A stretch of 64,000 nucleotides of DNA, taken from Candidatus Kapaibacterium sp. GTDB taxonomy: Bacteria > Bacteroidota > Ignavibacteria > Kapaibacteriales > UBA2268. The stretch covers positions 64,001-128,000 of the forward strand of contig OY762428.1 of assembly GCA_963665665.1 (NCBI GenBank), written 5' to 3'. The position numbers were made by a program, and so were the translations under genes. Below, piece after piece: positions 52,101-62,000 of this stretch (positions are counted from its first letter, which is position 1; each line of letters starts with the position of its first letter). The notes beneath the pieces are model-generated. The model worked only from the letters and a program-made list of their open reading frames with translations. It searched no databases and was not told the origin of the DNA.

Positions 52101-52887
52101 ATTGCAGTTCCTGCCTCAATATGCAGGCAGAACTTCCGGCCAAATTGGATTTGAATACGACGGCGCAGGTAGTCCCGCAAGAGTACAATTATTTGGCACT
52201 GGCAAGGGGGGCCTTGTCTATGCAGCAGACGATTCAGCCTATGCCGGAGACCAGTTCAATATAAAACTAATGCTCGGCAACGTAAAACCGGAAGGCATTG
52301 CCAAACTTGCCACAGATTATGAAGCAACTATCCGTTTCCAGAGAACCCTGCTGGCTCCCTCGGGAAGCATCGACTGGCAAAGCACAGTTGATTCCATTTA
52401 CATAACCATAAAAGGAAAAATCGGCAATACTGTTGAATTATCAGAAATACCGGTCATCGCCTGTCTTGGCAGTACAGAAGAAACTTCAATCGACGTGGTT
52501 GAAATGAACCTGCTTGATGCTTCCGGCAAACCGATAGAATACGAATTTGAAAAACAGAGCGGAATATTCACCCTGCTCGGCGTATGCCGTGAGGGTGGAA
52601 CGAGGCTGATAAACCCTGATGAAGAGGCAGGTATCATCAATATTTCACCCAACCCGGCGGAAAAGAGCCTGAATATTGAAATATCATTGATAGAAGAAGG
52701 ACAAACGGAGCTGTCAATATTCAATTCATTCGGGGAATCAGTTCAAAGCGTATTTTCAGCAAACAACGAAACCACTGGAACAAACAAATTCAAGGCTGAC
52801 ATCAGCAAGCTTGCCAACGGCGTTTATTATGTAATCCTGAAAACACCTAACCAGCATTTTATCGAGAAGGTGTTGGTGATAAGGTAA
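49174..52887 (+). CDS. Secreted VWA + WD40-repeat + Ig-like protein with T9SS-type C-terminal domain
   Basis: MIDAS DVSGSM, T and TDG; seven GH...V.SV.YSPDG..IASGS.D..IKIWD repeats; ISPNPA...LANGVYYVIL...KVLVIR. Confidence 0.85.
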   Translation: MKKAIITLLLLLPIAAQAQSFIVFDIDDTNFPVMRAKFFAFDDYGKQLSNLTTSDFEIMENGELRDVISVSCPETKEALAISSVLTIDVSGSMTEGMKLNIAKEAGKAWIYGLPLGKSECAITAFDTKNYMLQDFTTNRTRLIEKLNSLSADGATDFDAGFINQMSGALIVSEKGKYKKLVILVTDGFADGNETAIIQKANEIGAAVYCVTIGFECPDVLKNIAEQTGGQWFENITSVEQAKETYLKILQISQEIDPCEIEWKSGGCDFDKEFIVTIPGQSLQTQLTYKVNPTVLPHFEFIPSSTIRFGAVEPETGLTKNVKITAMVDDIIIHEVKTNNNEFKVVDFGGSNPPFTLNIGQSRDLAIEFTPSDSSMQFAKIELESNACSGRFLYCSGGYRGVALTKPTLKLTHPNGGEVFVAGSDTIITWDGILPEETVQIEFSSDNGLNWDTLSNNSYSLKEIWNKIDKVSSDECLVKVKQFGDTSLAESETITLEGHFDPVYSVCYSPDGSMIASGSSDGTIKIWNMETGSEIRTIEAHYYDVNSLCYSTDGSRLASGSGDGRIKIWDPYTGTMIKMFPLQSGGVKAICYSPDGKQIASGNDDNEIKILDSETGDEIRVIEGENYNYGIFSICYSPDGKRISSGGEDKKVRIWDVNTSEEINTFHGHSGFVKSVSYNPDGSRIASSSNDRTINIYDANTGVILKTLSGHSSYVQSVSYSPDGSRIASGGYDDLIRLWESNSGEEIKTLSGHSDYIRCLCYSPDGRSIASGSGDGTIKIWDVSKSILQEDQSDAVFSIVIPQAEARSIDMGREIVGEMKDSLFVDFVVNTGSYKVRIDSIYFTGAEAGAFTQVSAFPVYEIDVDKAQSTEFRFIPNRVGLHTAKLNIITQAETLEYDITGIGEDRKLQLACEILDFGEVEMSNEKVISDTVLIRNVTNQQIDITGISQLGPDMEQFHIISGGEPFTLAPSGDHKMTLQFLPQYAGRTSGQIGFEYDGAGSPARVQLFGTGKGGLVYAADDSAYAGDQFNIKLMLGNVKPEGIAKLATDYEATIRFQRTLLAPSGSIDWQSTVDSIYITIKGKIGNTVELSEIPVIACLGSTEETSIDVVEMNLLDASGKPIEYEFEKQSGIFTLLGVCREGGTRLINPDEEAGIINISPNPAEKSLNIEISLIEEGQTELSIFNSFGESVQSVFSANNETTGTNKFKADISKLANGVYYVILKTPNQHFIEKVLVIR

Positions 52888-53109
52888 GGAAAATTAATTG
52901 AGAAAGTGTTATTTAGGATTTTTTTTCTAAAAACACAATTTTTCCGGCAAATAAGCAGAAGAAATAAAGTTTAATCCAGCTTTTTCCACCAAAACTATCC
53001 CCAAACCATCAATTTTCTTCTTTTTTTGGTTGGAAAACTTAGAATTTTGGTGTCGTCAACTTGATTTTTGAACTTTTTCAAACATTTCTGACACTGTGAG
53101 GCATTCATT

Positions 53110-53150
53110 TCGTTTGACCTCGTAAAATTTCGTAAATTTTCGTAACTATA
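53110..53150 (+). repeat. 10-bp-phased TCGT(AA) direct repeats
   Basis: tCGTttgacc tCGTaaaatt tCGTaaattt tCGTaactat, plus tCGTaaaaatt at 53190; next to the Xis-like gene. Confidence 0.6.
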
Positions 53151-53288
53151 CATTACTGTACAAATATATAAAGTATCATCTGAAAGCAGTCGTAAAAATT
53201 AAGCTTACAGGTAATTTTATGGCGGGAAAAATCAGCCATATTATTATGTTTTGGGACATTTACCTGGCCGGGAAGTGATATTTCGCAC

Positions 53289-54131
53289 TCAATCCGTCCC
53301 AAGAAGCCTGTTTATTTCACTTTTATCTATCAAAACCTTTCTGCCAACTTTAGTTGCCTGTAATTCCCCTTTTTTTCGCCTGGCATATATGGTTTGCGGG
53401 GTGACTTTCAGCAATTGGGCGGCTTCGGCAACGGTAAGGAATTCTGTCGGGGTTGCCTCTTTGGGGTTCTGATCTGGTTCGGGAGTTTCCCGGTTGGCTT
53501 CCATCAGGGATTTTTTAATCTCAGACATTGAGATTGATCCGGATTCCTGTTGCAACATATTTACGTAACTTAATTCTTCAATTAAAAGTTGCAGATTCGA
53601 TTTTCCGTTTAAGGGAATAACAATGTTTTTAAGGTTGGGTTGTTCCTGCACTAATCTATACATTCCGCGGAGAACCTCAATTATTATATTGGGATTGCTC
53701 TTCATAATCCGGTTCATTTGTTGATCAAAGCTGTCCCGAGCCATGTTCTCATAATTCTGGTATTCACGAACAATATAAATTAGATAATACCTCCTATGTT
53801 GAATATTATCGATTCTCCTGCAATAATCCAAAATATCAGGTACATTCCAGTCGAAAACCTGAAAATCGTAATTTGATTGGGATACTTTTGACCTGATCTG
53901 TCTTCTAAAAGAAGTAATAAAATCAGTAAATTTTTCCATTGACTCTTCATAGGATAAAGTATCCTGATTTTCATCAGGCTCCATCATATCGGCAACATAG
54001 TTAGCTGCTTTAACAAAATCTCCGAATATTCCGAAATTTTTATAAAATTCTCTTATAAATGAAAATGAAAACAGGAAATCGAAATTATCCTGTATCTGCT
54101 TATCAGACATATATTTTCCTCTATTTGTCAT
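53289..54131 (-). CDS. Protein with C-terminal excisionase-type helix-turn-helix (HTH_17-like) and unknown N-terminal domain
   Basis: FLTVAEAAQLLKVTPQTIYARRKKGELQATKVGRKVLIDKSEINRLL. Confidence 0.8.
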   Translation of the reverse strand: MTNRGKYMSDKQIQDNFDFLFSFSFIREFYKNFGIFGDFVKAANYVADMMEPDENQDTLSYEESMEKFTDFITSFRRQIRSKVSQSNYDFQVFDWNVPDILDYCRRIDNIQHRRYYLIYIVREYQNYENMARDSFDQQMNRIMKSNPNIIIEVLRGMYRLVQEQPNLKNIVIPLNGKSNLQLLIEELSYVNMLQQESGSISMSEIKKSLMEANRETPEPDQNPKEATPTEFLTVAEAAQLLKVTPQTIYARRKKGELQATKVGRKVLIDKSEINRLLGTD

Positions 54132-54336
54132 TTTGCAATATTTATTCCTACTAATTTAAGTTTCCCGGCAATTCCGGAAAAGGAAAAAGTGATGTTTTTG
54201 GTGCATAGCAGATTGTTATCTGATATTCAACATTGATTTTGCCTGCTGATTTTTGATTGTTTATAGCTTCTTACATACTTTTGCACTGCCTGTTTTCTGA
54301 TATGCAATACGGATTGCAGTAATTGTTGATTGATAG

Positions 54337-54522
54337 TTACATACCATTTACATACCAGAGAACCAACAGTACACCTTAAGTTCATAACCAGTGCAATACG
54401 TGTTAAATATGTTTTACATACCATTACATAACCAGTATTTTTCATTTCAACACCAGAACATAGCTATTACATAGCCAAAAACAAGCCAGCTAAAAGCCGA
54501 GGCAATGCTAATTACACACCAG
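54337..54522 (+). repeat. ~11-bp-phased degenerate direct repeats (TTACATACCAG-like)
   Basis: TTACATACCAT, TTACATACCAG, TTCATAACCAG, TTACATACCAT, TACATAACCAG, TTCAACACCAG, TTACATAGCCA, TTACACACCAG; CCAG ends are spaced 33, 44, 21, 33 and 33 bp. Confidence 0.65.
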
Positions 54523-54605
54523 AATAATTGAACGGCTTCCTTTAAAAAAAACAGCGATTTAAGGTGAAATAATCTTAACTTGCAAAAAATCAAAAGGAGC
54601 ATCAA

Positions 54606-54893
54606 ATGGCAAACAAACGAAGAAATTACAGTTCAAAATTCAAAATGCAGGTAGCCCTGGAGGCAGTCCAAGAGAGAAAAACAATAACCGAGCTGGCATC
54701 GGAGTACGGGGTTCATCCAAACCAGATAAGCATGTGGAAAAAGCATTTAAAAGAAAGTGAAAAGGAAGTATTTGAAAACAAGCGTGGGCCAGGGAAGAAT
54801 AAAAAAGAAAAAGACGAATCAGTATTATATGAAGAAATAGGCCGGCTAAAAATTGAATTAGACTGGTTAAAAAAAAAATTGGGACGTGAGTAA
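54606..54893 (+). CDS. IS3-family transposase OrfA (HTH)
   Basis: RRNYSSKFKMQVALEA...ELASEYGVHPNQISMWKK...LYEEIGRLKIELDWLKKK. Confidence 0.9.
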   Translation: MANKRRNYSSKFKMQVALEAVQERKTITELASEYGVHPNQISMWKKHLKESEKEVFENKRGPGKNKKEKDESVLYEEIGRLKIELDWLKKKLGRE

Positions 54894-55731
54894 AAAAGAG
54901 CGTAGAAATATGGTAGATGCTGATAATAAAGAAATTAGCATAAGCCGGCAGTGCGAGCTTTTGGGTATTAGCAGGAGCTGTTATTATTACAAACCCAAGG
55001 GTGAAAGTGAAGCAAATATTCTATATATGAAGCTGATCAAAGAACAATTCGCGATTACTCCATTTTATGGAGCCAGAAAAATGACAGCACACTTACGTTC
55101 TTTGGGATACCATGTTAACTATAAACGAATCAGGCGATTAATGAAATTATTGGGACTTCGGGCAATATATCCCCAACCGGACACGAGCAAACCGAACAAG
55201 GAGCACAAAATTTATCCATACCTGTTGAGGGATATGAAAATAAGTCGTCCGGATCAGGTTTGGAGCCTGGATATAACATATATTCCGATGCGTAAAGGAT
55301 TTATGTATCTTATAGCAATTATAGATGTTTATAGCAGGTATATCGTCGACTGGGAATTATCGAATAACCTTGAGAAGGAGTTCTGCATAGATACAATAAA
55401 AAGGTCTTTGAAAACCAGGAAACCGGAAATAACAAACACGGATCAGGGCAGTCAGTTCACGAGCAATGATTTTGTGAAAACGATTCTGGATGCTGATGTT
55501 AAGGTAAGCATGGACGGCAAGGGCCGCGCCTTGGACAATGTTTACATAGAACGCTTCTGGCGGAGCTTTAAATACGAAGACCTGTATCTGAAGTCTTACG
55601 AAGACGGAAAAGAGCTCTATGGCGGTATAAAGGCTTATGTCGATTGGTATAACAACACGAGGCCGCACGCAGGAATTGAATACCAGATTCCGGCTGAAAA
55701 ATATATGAACGAACAGCGGTTCGTTAATTGA
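54886..55731 (+). CDS. IS3-family transposase OrfB (DDE/rve integrase core)
   Basis: RQCELLGISRS..YY, YGARKM, WSLDITYI, NTDQGSQFTS, DNVYIERFWRSFKYE, YNNTRPH. Confidence 0.92.
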   Translation: MSKKERRNMVDADNKEISISRQCELLGISRSCYYYKPKGESEANILYMKLIKEQFAITPFYGARKMTAHLRSLGYHVNYKRIRRLMKLLGLRAIYPQPDTSKPNKEHKIYPYLLRDMKISRPDQVWSLDITYIPMRKGFMYLIAIIDVYSRYIVDWELSNNLEKEFCIDTIKRSLKTRKPEITNTDQGSQFTSNDFVKTILDADVKVSMDGKGRALDNVYIERFWRSFKYEDLYLKSYEDGKELYGGIKAYVDWYNNTRPHAGIEYQIPAEKYMNEQRFVN

Positions 55732-56019
55732 AAACTTTGTTGGAAAAGTGAAAAAATGCAATCCGGTAAGCAATTGATAAAAAAAGAAATAGAAAGGAGA
55801 GTGAAAGTTATCCACAATTTCCAGGTTGTTAACAAAAAGAAAAAAAAGTAGCAAAAAAAAGAAAAATTAATATTATTACATATTTTTTTCTTATTTTATT
55901 AGAGAAGAAGTATAGATTAATAAACACCATAAACTATACTTTTATTTGTCTAAGCAATAGGGAGCATTTCAAATTGATACTGAGCCAAACTTAGTATTGT
56001 ACTTATTCCGTATTAGCTA

Positions 56020-59000
56020 TAAACCTTATCTATATGGTTCGATTAAAGGAGTTGTTAAAGTCTCTTTGTATGGTGTTACTGACGGATTTCAATTCCTATA
56101 TGGTTCGATTAAAGGCCACCAATGCCGGCAATTATAACCCCCGCCGAATAAATTTCAATTCCTATATGGTTCGATTAAAGGTGTACTTGTAGCCGTTAAT
56201 CTCTTTCCTGATTTCCTCATTTCAATTCCTATATGGTTCGATTAAAGGATAATACAGTTTTGTATTGAACGTGGTTTTCCAAGTGTATTTCAATTCCTAT
56301 ATGGTTCGATTAAAGGCAATAGTGTAGAGCTTGATTTGGAAATTAAGCTGATGAGAATTTCAATTCCTATATGGTTCGATTAAAGGTGTTTGGCCACGAA
56401 ATCAATTGTTCCTCCACAGCTATTTCAATTCCTATATGGTTCGATTAAAGGCTGCCACGGCCAATTGTCCAGGCGTTCAACACTCCCATTTCAATTCCTA
56501 TATGGTTCGATTAAAGGTAAATCGTAGTTAGTTCGAAATATAATCAATCAGGGTAATTTCAATTCCTATATGGTTCGATTAAAGGCGATAATACATTCGT
56601 GCTCCGGTATCATGCCTGTAGTGATTTCAATTCCTATATGGTTCGATTAAAGGAAAACCCTGCTATCGGAAATATGATAGGCAGTATCGGATTTCAATTC
56701 CTATATGGTTCGATTAAAGGCCTGCACCATTGCCGGGCTTACCTGTGGCTGTGCCATATTTCAATTCCTATATGGTTCGATTAAAGGTTTCTGGGCTTTA
56801 AGCTTTCCGAGAGTTTCTTTCTGATTTCAATTCCTATATGGTTCGATTAAAGGTCCGCTGTAGATGGGTGAAGTATCATCGATGATGAGATTTCAATTCC
56901 TATATGGTTCGATTAAAGGAAAAAGGCAAGGGATTGTCAGAACGATATGCTATTATATTTCAATTCCTATATGGTTCGATTAAAGGTGTTTTGAGGTCTG
57001 ATATTAAACCCGAGAACGAGATCATTTCAATTCCTATATGGTTCGATTAAAGGAGCGGCTGCGCATACGCAGGAAGTCCCGTAATTTTTATTTCAATTCC
57101 TATATGGTTCGATTAAAGGCCATAACCGGCGCGACGGACGGAGCACGAACCGGACCAATTTCAATTCCTATATGGTTCGATTAAAGGCTTTTTCCAAATC
57201 CTTAGCCCTTTTCCATCCGTGAAGATTTCAATTCCTATATGGTTCGATTAAAGGGGGTTAAGATTCTCAATGTCATCAGAGCCGCCTGATATTTATTTCA
57301 ATTCCTATATGGTTCGATTAAAGGTATTATTTGAATGATGAAATAGCAAATGAACGACAATTATTTCAATTCCTATATGGTTCGATTAAAGGTTGGGATA
57401 GAATATTTTAATGATATTTATCTTCGCCATTTCAATTCCTATATGGTTCGATTAAAGGACGGTTTACGGCCTTGATTTTGGTTATAACAACCCCATTTCA
57501 ATTCCTATATGGTTCGATTAAAGGCATTTAGTGTCAGCCACAGGACTTCCGCTGTCATCATTTCAATTCCTATATGGTTCGATTAAAGGCCTGCATAGGA
57601 GTTACAGACAATGCACCCTGTGAGTATTTCAATTCCTATATGGTTCGATTAAAGGGTGGGAAAGTCGTTTGCCAAGTGAATATTTCTCAGATTTCAATTC
57701 CTATATGGTTCGATTAAAGGCATGTCGGGCGGGGCGGACTGGTTTCATAATCTGTTATTTCAATTCCTATATGGTTCGATTAAAGGCCTACCACAGATAT
57801 GGCAGCAATTAATTAAAAGAGAATTTCAATTCCTATATGGTTCGATTAAAGGGCTTTCTTGGGGATTTTATTACGGGATACATCCATGATTTCAATTCCT
57901 ATATGGTTCGATTAAAGGTCGGAATCAATATCATTATAAATCTCAGCATAAGCCCTATTTCAATTCCTATATGGTTCGATTAAAGGTTTATTTACCCTAA
58001 ACCCATATTCCCCTTTTTTCAAATTTCAATTCCTATATGGTTCGATTAAAGGAAATCAGTATCATTAATATAAACATGCCTCAGAAGCATTTCAATTCCT
58101 ATATGGTTCGATTAAAGGATGTTGGGAACTGTTGTTTCGGTTGATGAATTTCCGATTTCAATTCCTATATGGTTCGATTAAAGGATTGATAAAACGCCAA
58201 AAGGAAAAATCCTTTTTTGGTAATTTCAATTCCTATATGGTTCGATTAAAGGTTAGAAGTTTATCTTCATTAACCACATAAGTTGTGCTATTTCAATTCC
58301 TATATGGTTCGATTAAAGGAATGCTGTCATATATTTGCGCGTTAGTTCAGAAGACCATTTCAATTCCTATATGGTTCGATTAAAGGGTGAGTTTCAACCG
58401 GGGTGTCCTTGGTTTCTACAAATTTCAATTCCTATATGGTTCGATTAAAGGAACACGAGAACAGAACACTATCTCTATGATTTCAAGATTTCAATTCCTA
58501 TATGGTTCGATTAAAGGTCTCTCCTACATCGTGAAGATAACATCTATTGATACATTTCAATTCCTATATGGTTCGATGAATATCCTCACATTATCAGAGA
58601 AGTAATTTCAATTCCTATATGGTTCGATTAAAGGCCTGAGTATAAGTAGCCATTTTTGTCTTTCAAAATCATTTCAATTCCTATATGGTTCGATTAAAGG
58701 AATCTTGTATCCGTCACTATTGGTAACCTGGCAAACATTTCAATTCCTATATGGTTCGATTAAAGGAACAGATGGATTTGTTTCTGAATTATAATTTGCC
58801 GTATTTCAATTCCTATATGGTTCGATTAAAGGAAGGCTATATCACGACGGAGACGACAGCATCCGGAATAATTTCAATTCCTATATGGTTCGATTAAAGG
58901 TGTACCTTCAGCTACCCATACGGTGTTACCTTCCGCATTTCAATTCCTATATGGTTCGATTAAAGGCTGAAACAAAATCAGATATTGTCTCCGCTAACTG

Positions 59001-62000
59001 ATTCCATTTCAATTCCTATATGGTTCGATTAAAGGTCAGCAGAGCAATGTCTTTATCGTGTTGGCTGCACATATTTCAATTCCTATATGGTTCGATTAAA
59101 GGATTAAAACAGAACCGCCACCACCGCCATTTTTTTCGATTTCAATTCCTATATGGTTCGATTAAAGGAAATGAGAAAAGCACAATTTACATGAATGCTT
59201 TAACATTTCAATTCCTATATGGTTCGATTAAAGGTCAGATACGAAATAATCTATACTCCCTTTGTAATTTATTTCAATTCCTATATGGTTCGATTAAAGG
59301 TTAGTAGTTTTGATATAATCGCGATCAAGACAGTAATATTTCAATTCCTATATGGTTCGATTAAAGGCCGATGGGGGCTGCACCGCTTGACACCAAACAC
59401 GAAATTTCAATTCCTATATGGTTCGATTAAAGGCTGATCCTGAAAAGTACAAAAAATATGACAGTCCGAAATTTCAATTCCTATATGGTTCGATTAAAGG
59501 TAGCCGAAGCTGTTGAATTTTCTTTTCTCGAATCAATATTTCAATTCCTATATGGTTCGATTAAAGGGGCTGTTTGGTGTCCTGATGCTGACTTGTATTT
59601 AAATTTCAATTCCTATATGGTTCGATTAAAGGATATGCAATTAAAAAGTTTCTTGATCTTTCAAACCGATTTCAATTCCTATATGGTTCGATTAAAGGAA
59701 GATTAATAGCTGAAGATTTAAACTTTAACGACCAATTTCAATTCCTATATGGTTCGATTAAAGGAAAATAATGAAATTGGATTTATCACAGGGCAATTAA
59801 ATTTCAATTCCTATATGGTTCGATTAAAGGAGCGAGGGTGCAGGGGTTGTTTATGAAAGTGATTTTTATTTCAATTCCTATATGGTTCGATTAAAGGTAT
59901 TATTGGCGAATCTGCAACAAATGCTTTAAATGAATTTCAATTCCTATATGGTTCGATTAAAGGCAGGGTGGAAACTTTATGGTGCTTTGTGCTGAAAATC
60001 ATTTCAATTCCTATATGGTTCGATTAAAGGTAAGCGACGGAGTTAATATTGAAGAAATTAGTGAATAATTTCAATTCCTATATGGTTCGATTAAAGGGCT
60101 TTGTGTCTCGTTGCTATCACTTATCATACTTGCATTTCAATTCCTATATGGTTCGATTAAAGGCCTGGATAATCTTCCTCTCATTTGCCGACAGCTTACA
60201 TTTCAATTCCTATATGGTTCGATTAAAGGTCGTGCCTTGTTATCATTATTATACCTTTTTTATAATTTCAATTCCTATATGGTTCGATTAAAGGTTTTCA
60301 AAAAGATCGCTTCTGGTTCTTATAAAGCAAAATTTCAATTCCTATATGGTTCGATTAAAGGTGTAATCCGTTTTGTTGGAGATCATTTCGATTACGAATT
60401 TCAATTCCTATATGGTTCGATTAAAGGTTTGAAGTTTTCTTTCAGCTTCTGGGGCGGTACTTTGATTTCAATTCCTATATGGTTCGATTAAAGGTCAATA
60501 CAAATAAAAACGCCTTACAGAGTTTTAAAAATTTCAATTCCTATATGGTTCGATTAAAGGTTAATATTGAAATAACAACAAATGTAATATAAATGTATTT
60601 CAATTCCTATATGGTTCGATTAAAGGATATATTTACACTTGTATATGTCGTGCCTACAAAAACATTTCAATTCCTATATGGTTCGATTAAAGGGCTGAAA
60701 AAAGAATCAGATTATAATGAAGCACTCCAAATTTCAATTCCTATATGGTTCGATTAAAGGCAAAAGTCTTTATAAATATCGTATATTGTGTAGTTTATAT
60801 TTCAATTCCTATATGGTTCGATTAAAGGGGATAAAGCTGTTATTAATCAGTATAAAGATTGTACATTTCAATTCCTATATGGTTCGATTAAAGGTTGAAT
60901 TTTTCGGAGAAATAACTATAAATGTTTTCTCATTTCAATTCCTATATGGTTCGATTAAAGGTCTCTTGAATTAAACTTCCCAACACCCTGCATTAACATT
61001 TCAATTCCTATATGGTTCGATTAAAGGAATGCAAGAAGTATAGGTGCTGATAACATAATGATAATTTCAATTCCTATATGGTTCGATTAAAGGTAATTCT
61101 CATTAGCTATGCTATGTGCAATTTGTTCAATTTCAATTCCTATATGGTTCGATTAAAGGGAATGGATCACCACCATTGAAAACCATGTTAAATTCATTTC
61201 AATTCCTATATGGTTCGATTAAAGGTTTTATGTAGTCATTATCAAATTCACCGTAAACTAAATTTCAATTCCTATATGGTTCGATTAAAGGCAGTAAGCA
61301 TTGATGAAGATGACGGCGCATATATAGCCGAATTTCAATTCCTATATGGTTCGATTAAAGGCTATCATAAGTTATTCTAAGCCAATAAGCTCCGAGATTT
61401 CAATTCCTATATGGTTCGATTAAAGGCTGTGCAGCATCAACCCTATCTTGCTCAGGCTCAGGCATTTCAATTCCTATATGGTTCGATTAAAGGGCTGCAA
61501 ATTCAGCATCGTCAATGTTATTTATTATCCATTTCAATTCCTATATGGTTCGATTAAAGGGGTATTATGTTTGTAGAATCATCGTATAGAGTGTTTATTT
61601 CAATTCCTATATGGTTCGATTAAAGGGCAATCCCAGAGCCATAACCGAAAGCTCCATAACCTAATTTCAATTCCTATATGGTTCGATTAAAGGATGACAG
61701 GCAATGATACATTGGCAACCGGATTTTGCATTTCAATTCCTATATGGTTCGATTAAAGGAAAGGACAAGAATATTTACGACAATGAGGAAACAAAATTTC
61801 AATTCCTATATGGTTCGATTAAAGGGGGAATAGTTTAACACGAGACGAACGAGAATAATAAATTTCAATTCCTATATGGTTCGATTAAAGGGGATTATCA
61901 GCCACATAACAGCCCCGCCGTCAGGCGATTTCAATTCCTATATGGTTCGATTAAAGGAAACGGCGCCCGTCACTAATATTATACATTCGGCAATATTTCA

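Larger units (their letters stand above)
54529..55971 (+). mobile_element. IS3-family insertion sequence (1443 bp) with 3-bp AAT target duplication
   Basis: Ends TGAACGGCTTCCT... and ...AGGGAGCATTTCA are imperfect TG..CA inverted repeats; AAT at 54526-54528 and 55972-55974; orfA/orfB inside. Confidence 0.88.
34467..56039. mobile_element. Putative integrative genomic island (tyrosine integrase ... excisionase-like HTH); boundaries tentative
   Basis: Integrase at one end, Xis-like gene and helically phased repeats at the other; TATATGGTT directly repeated at 34467 and 56031. Boundaries are inference. Confidence 0.45.

Noticed and set aside
39871-52887. Integron-like cassette array of co-oriented genes near a tyrosine recombinase
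   Set aside because: No repeated attC-like sites between genes, several gaps are only a few bp, and the integrase looks like the arm-binding type rather than IntI.
58053-58088. Possible self-targeting spacer (TCAGTATCATTAAT also at 8454-8467)
   Set aside because: Only 14 AT-rich nt match and the flanks diverge. No full-length self-match was seen, but an exhaustive search could not be run.
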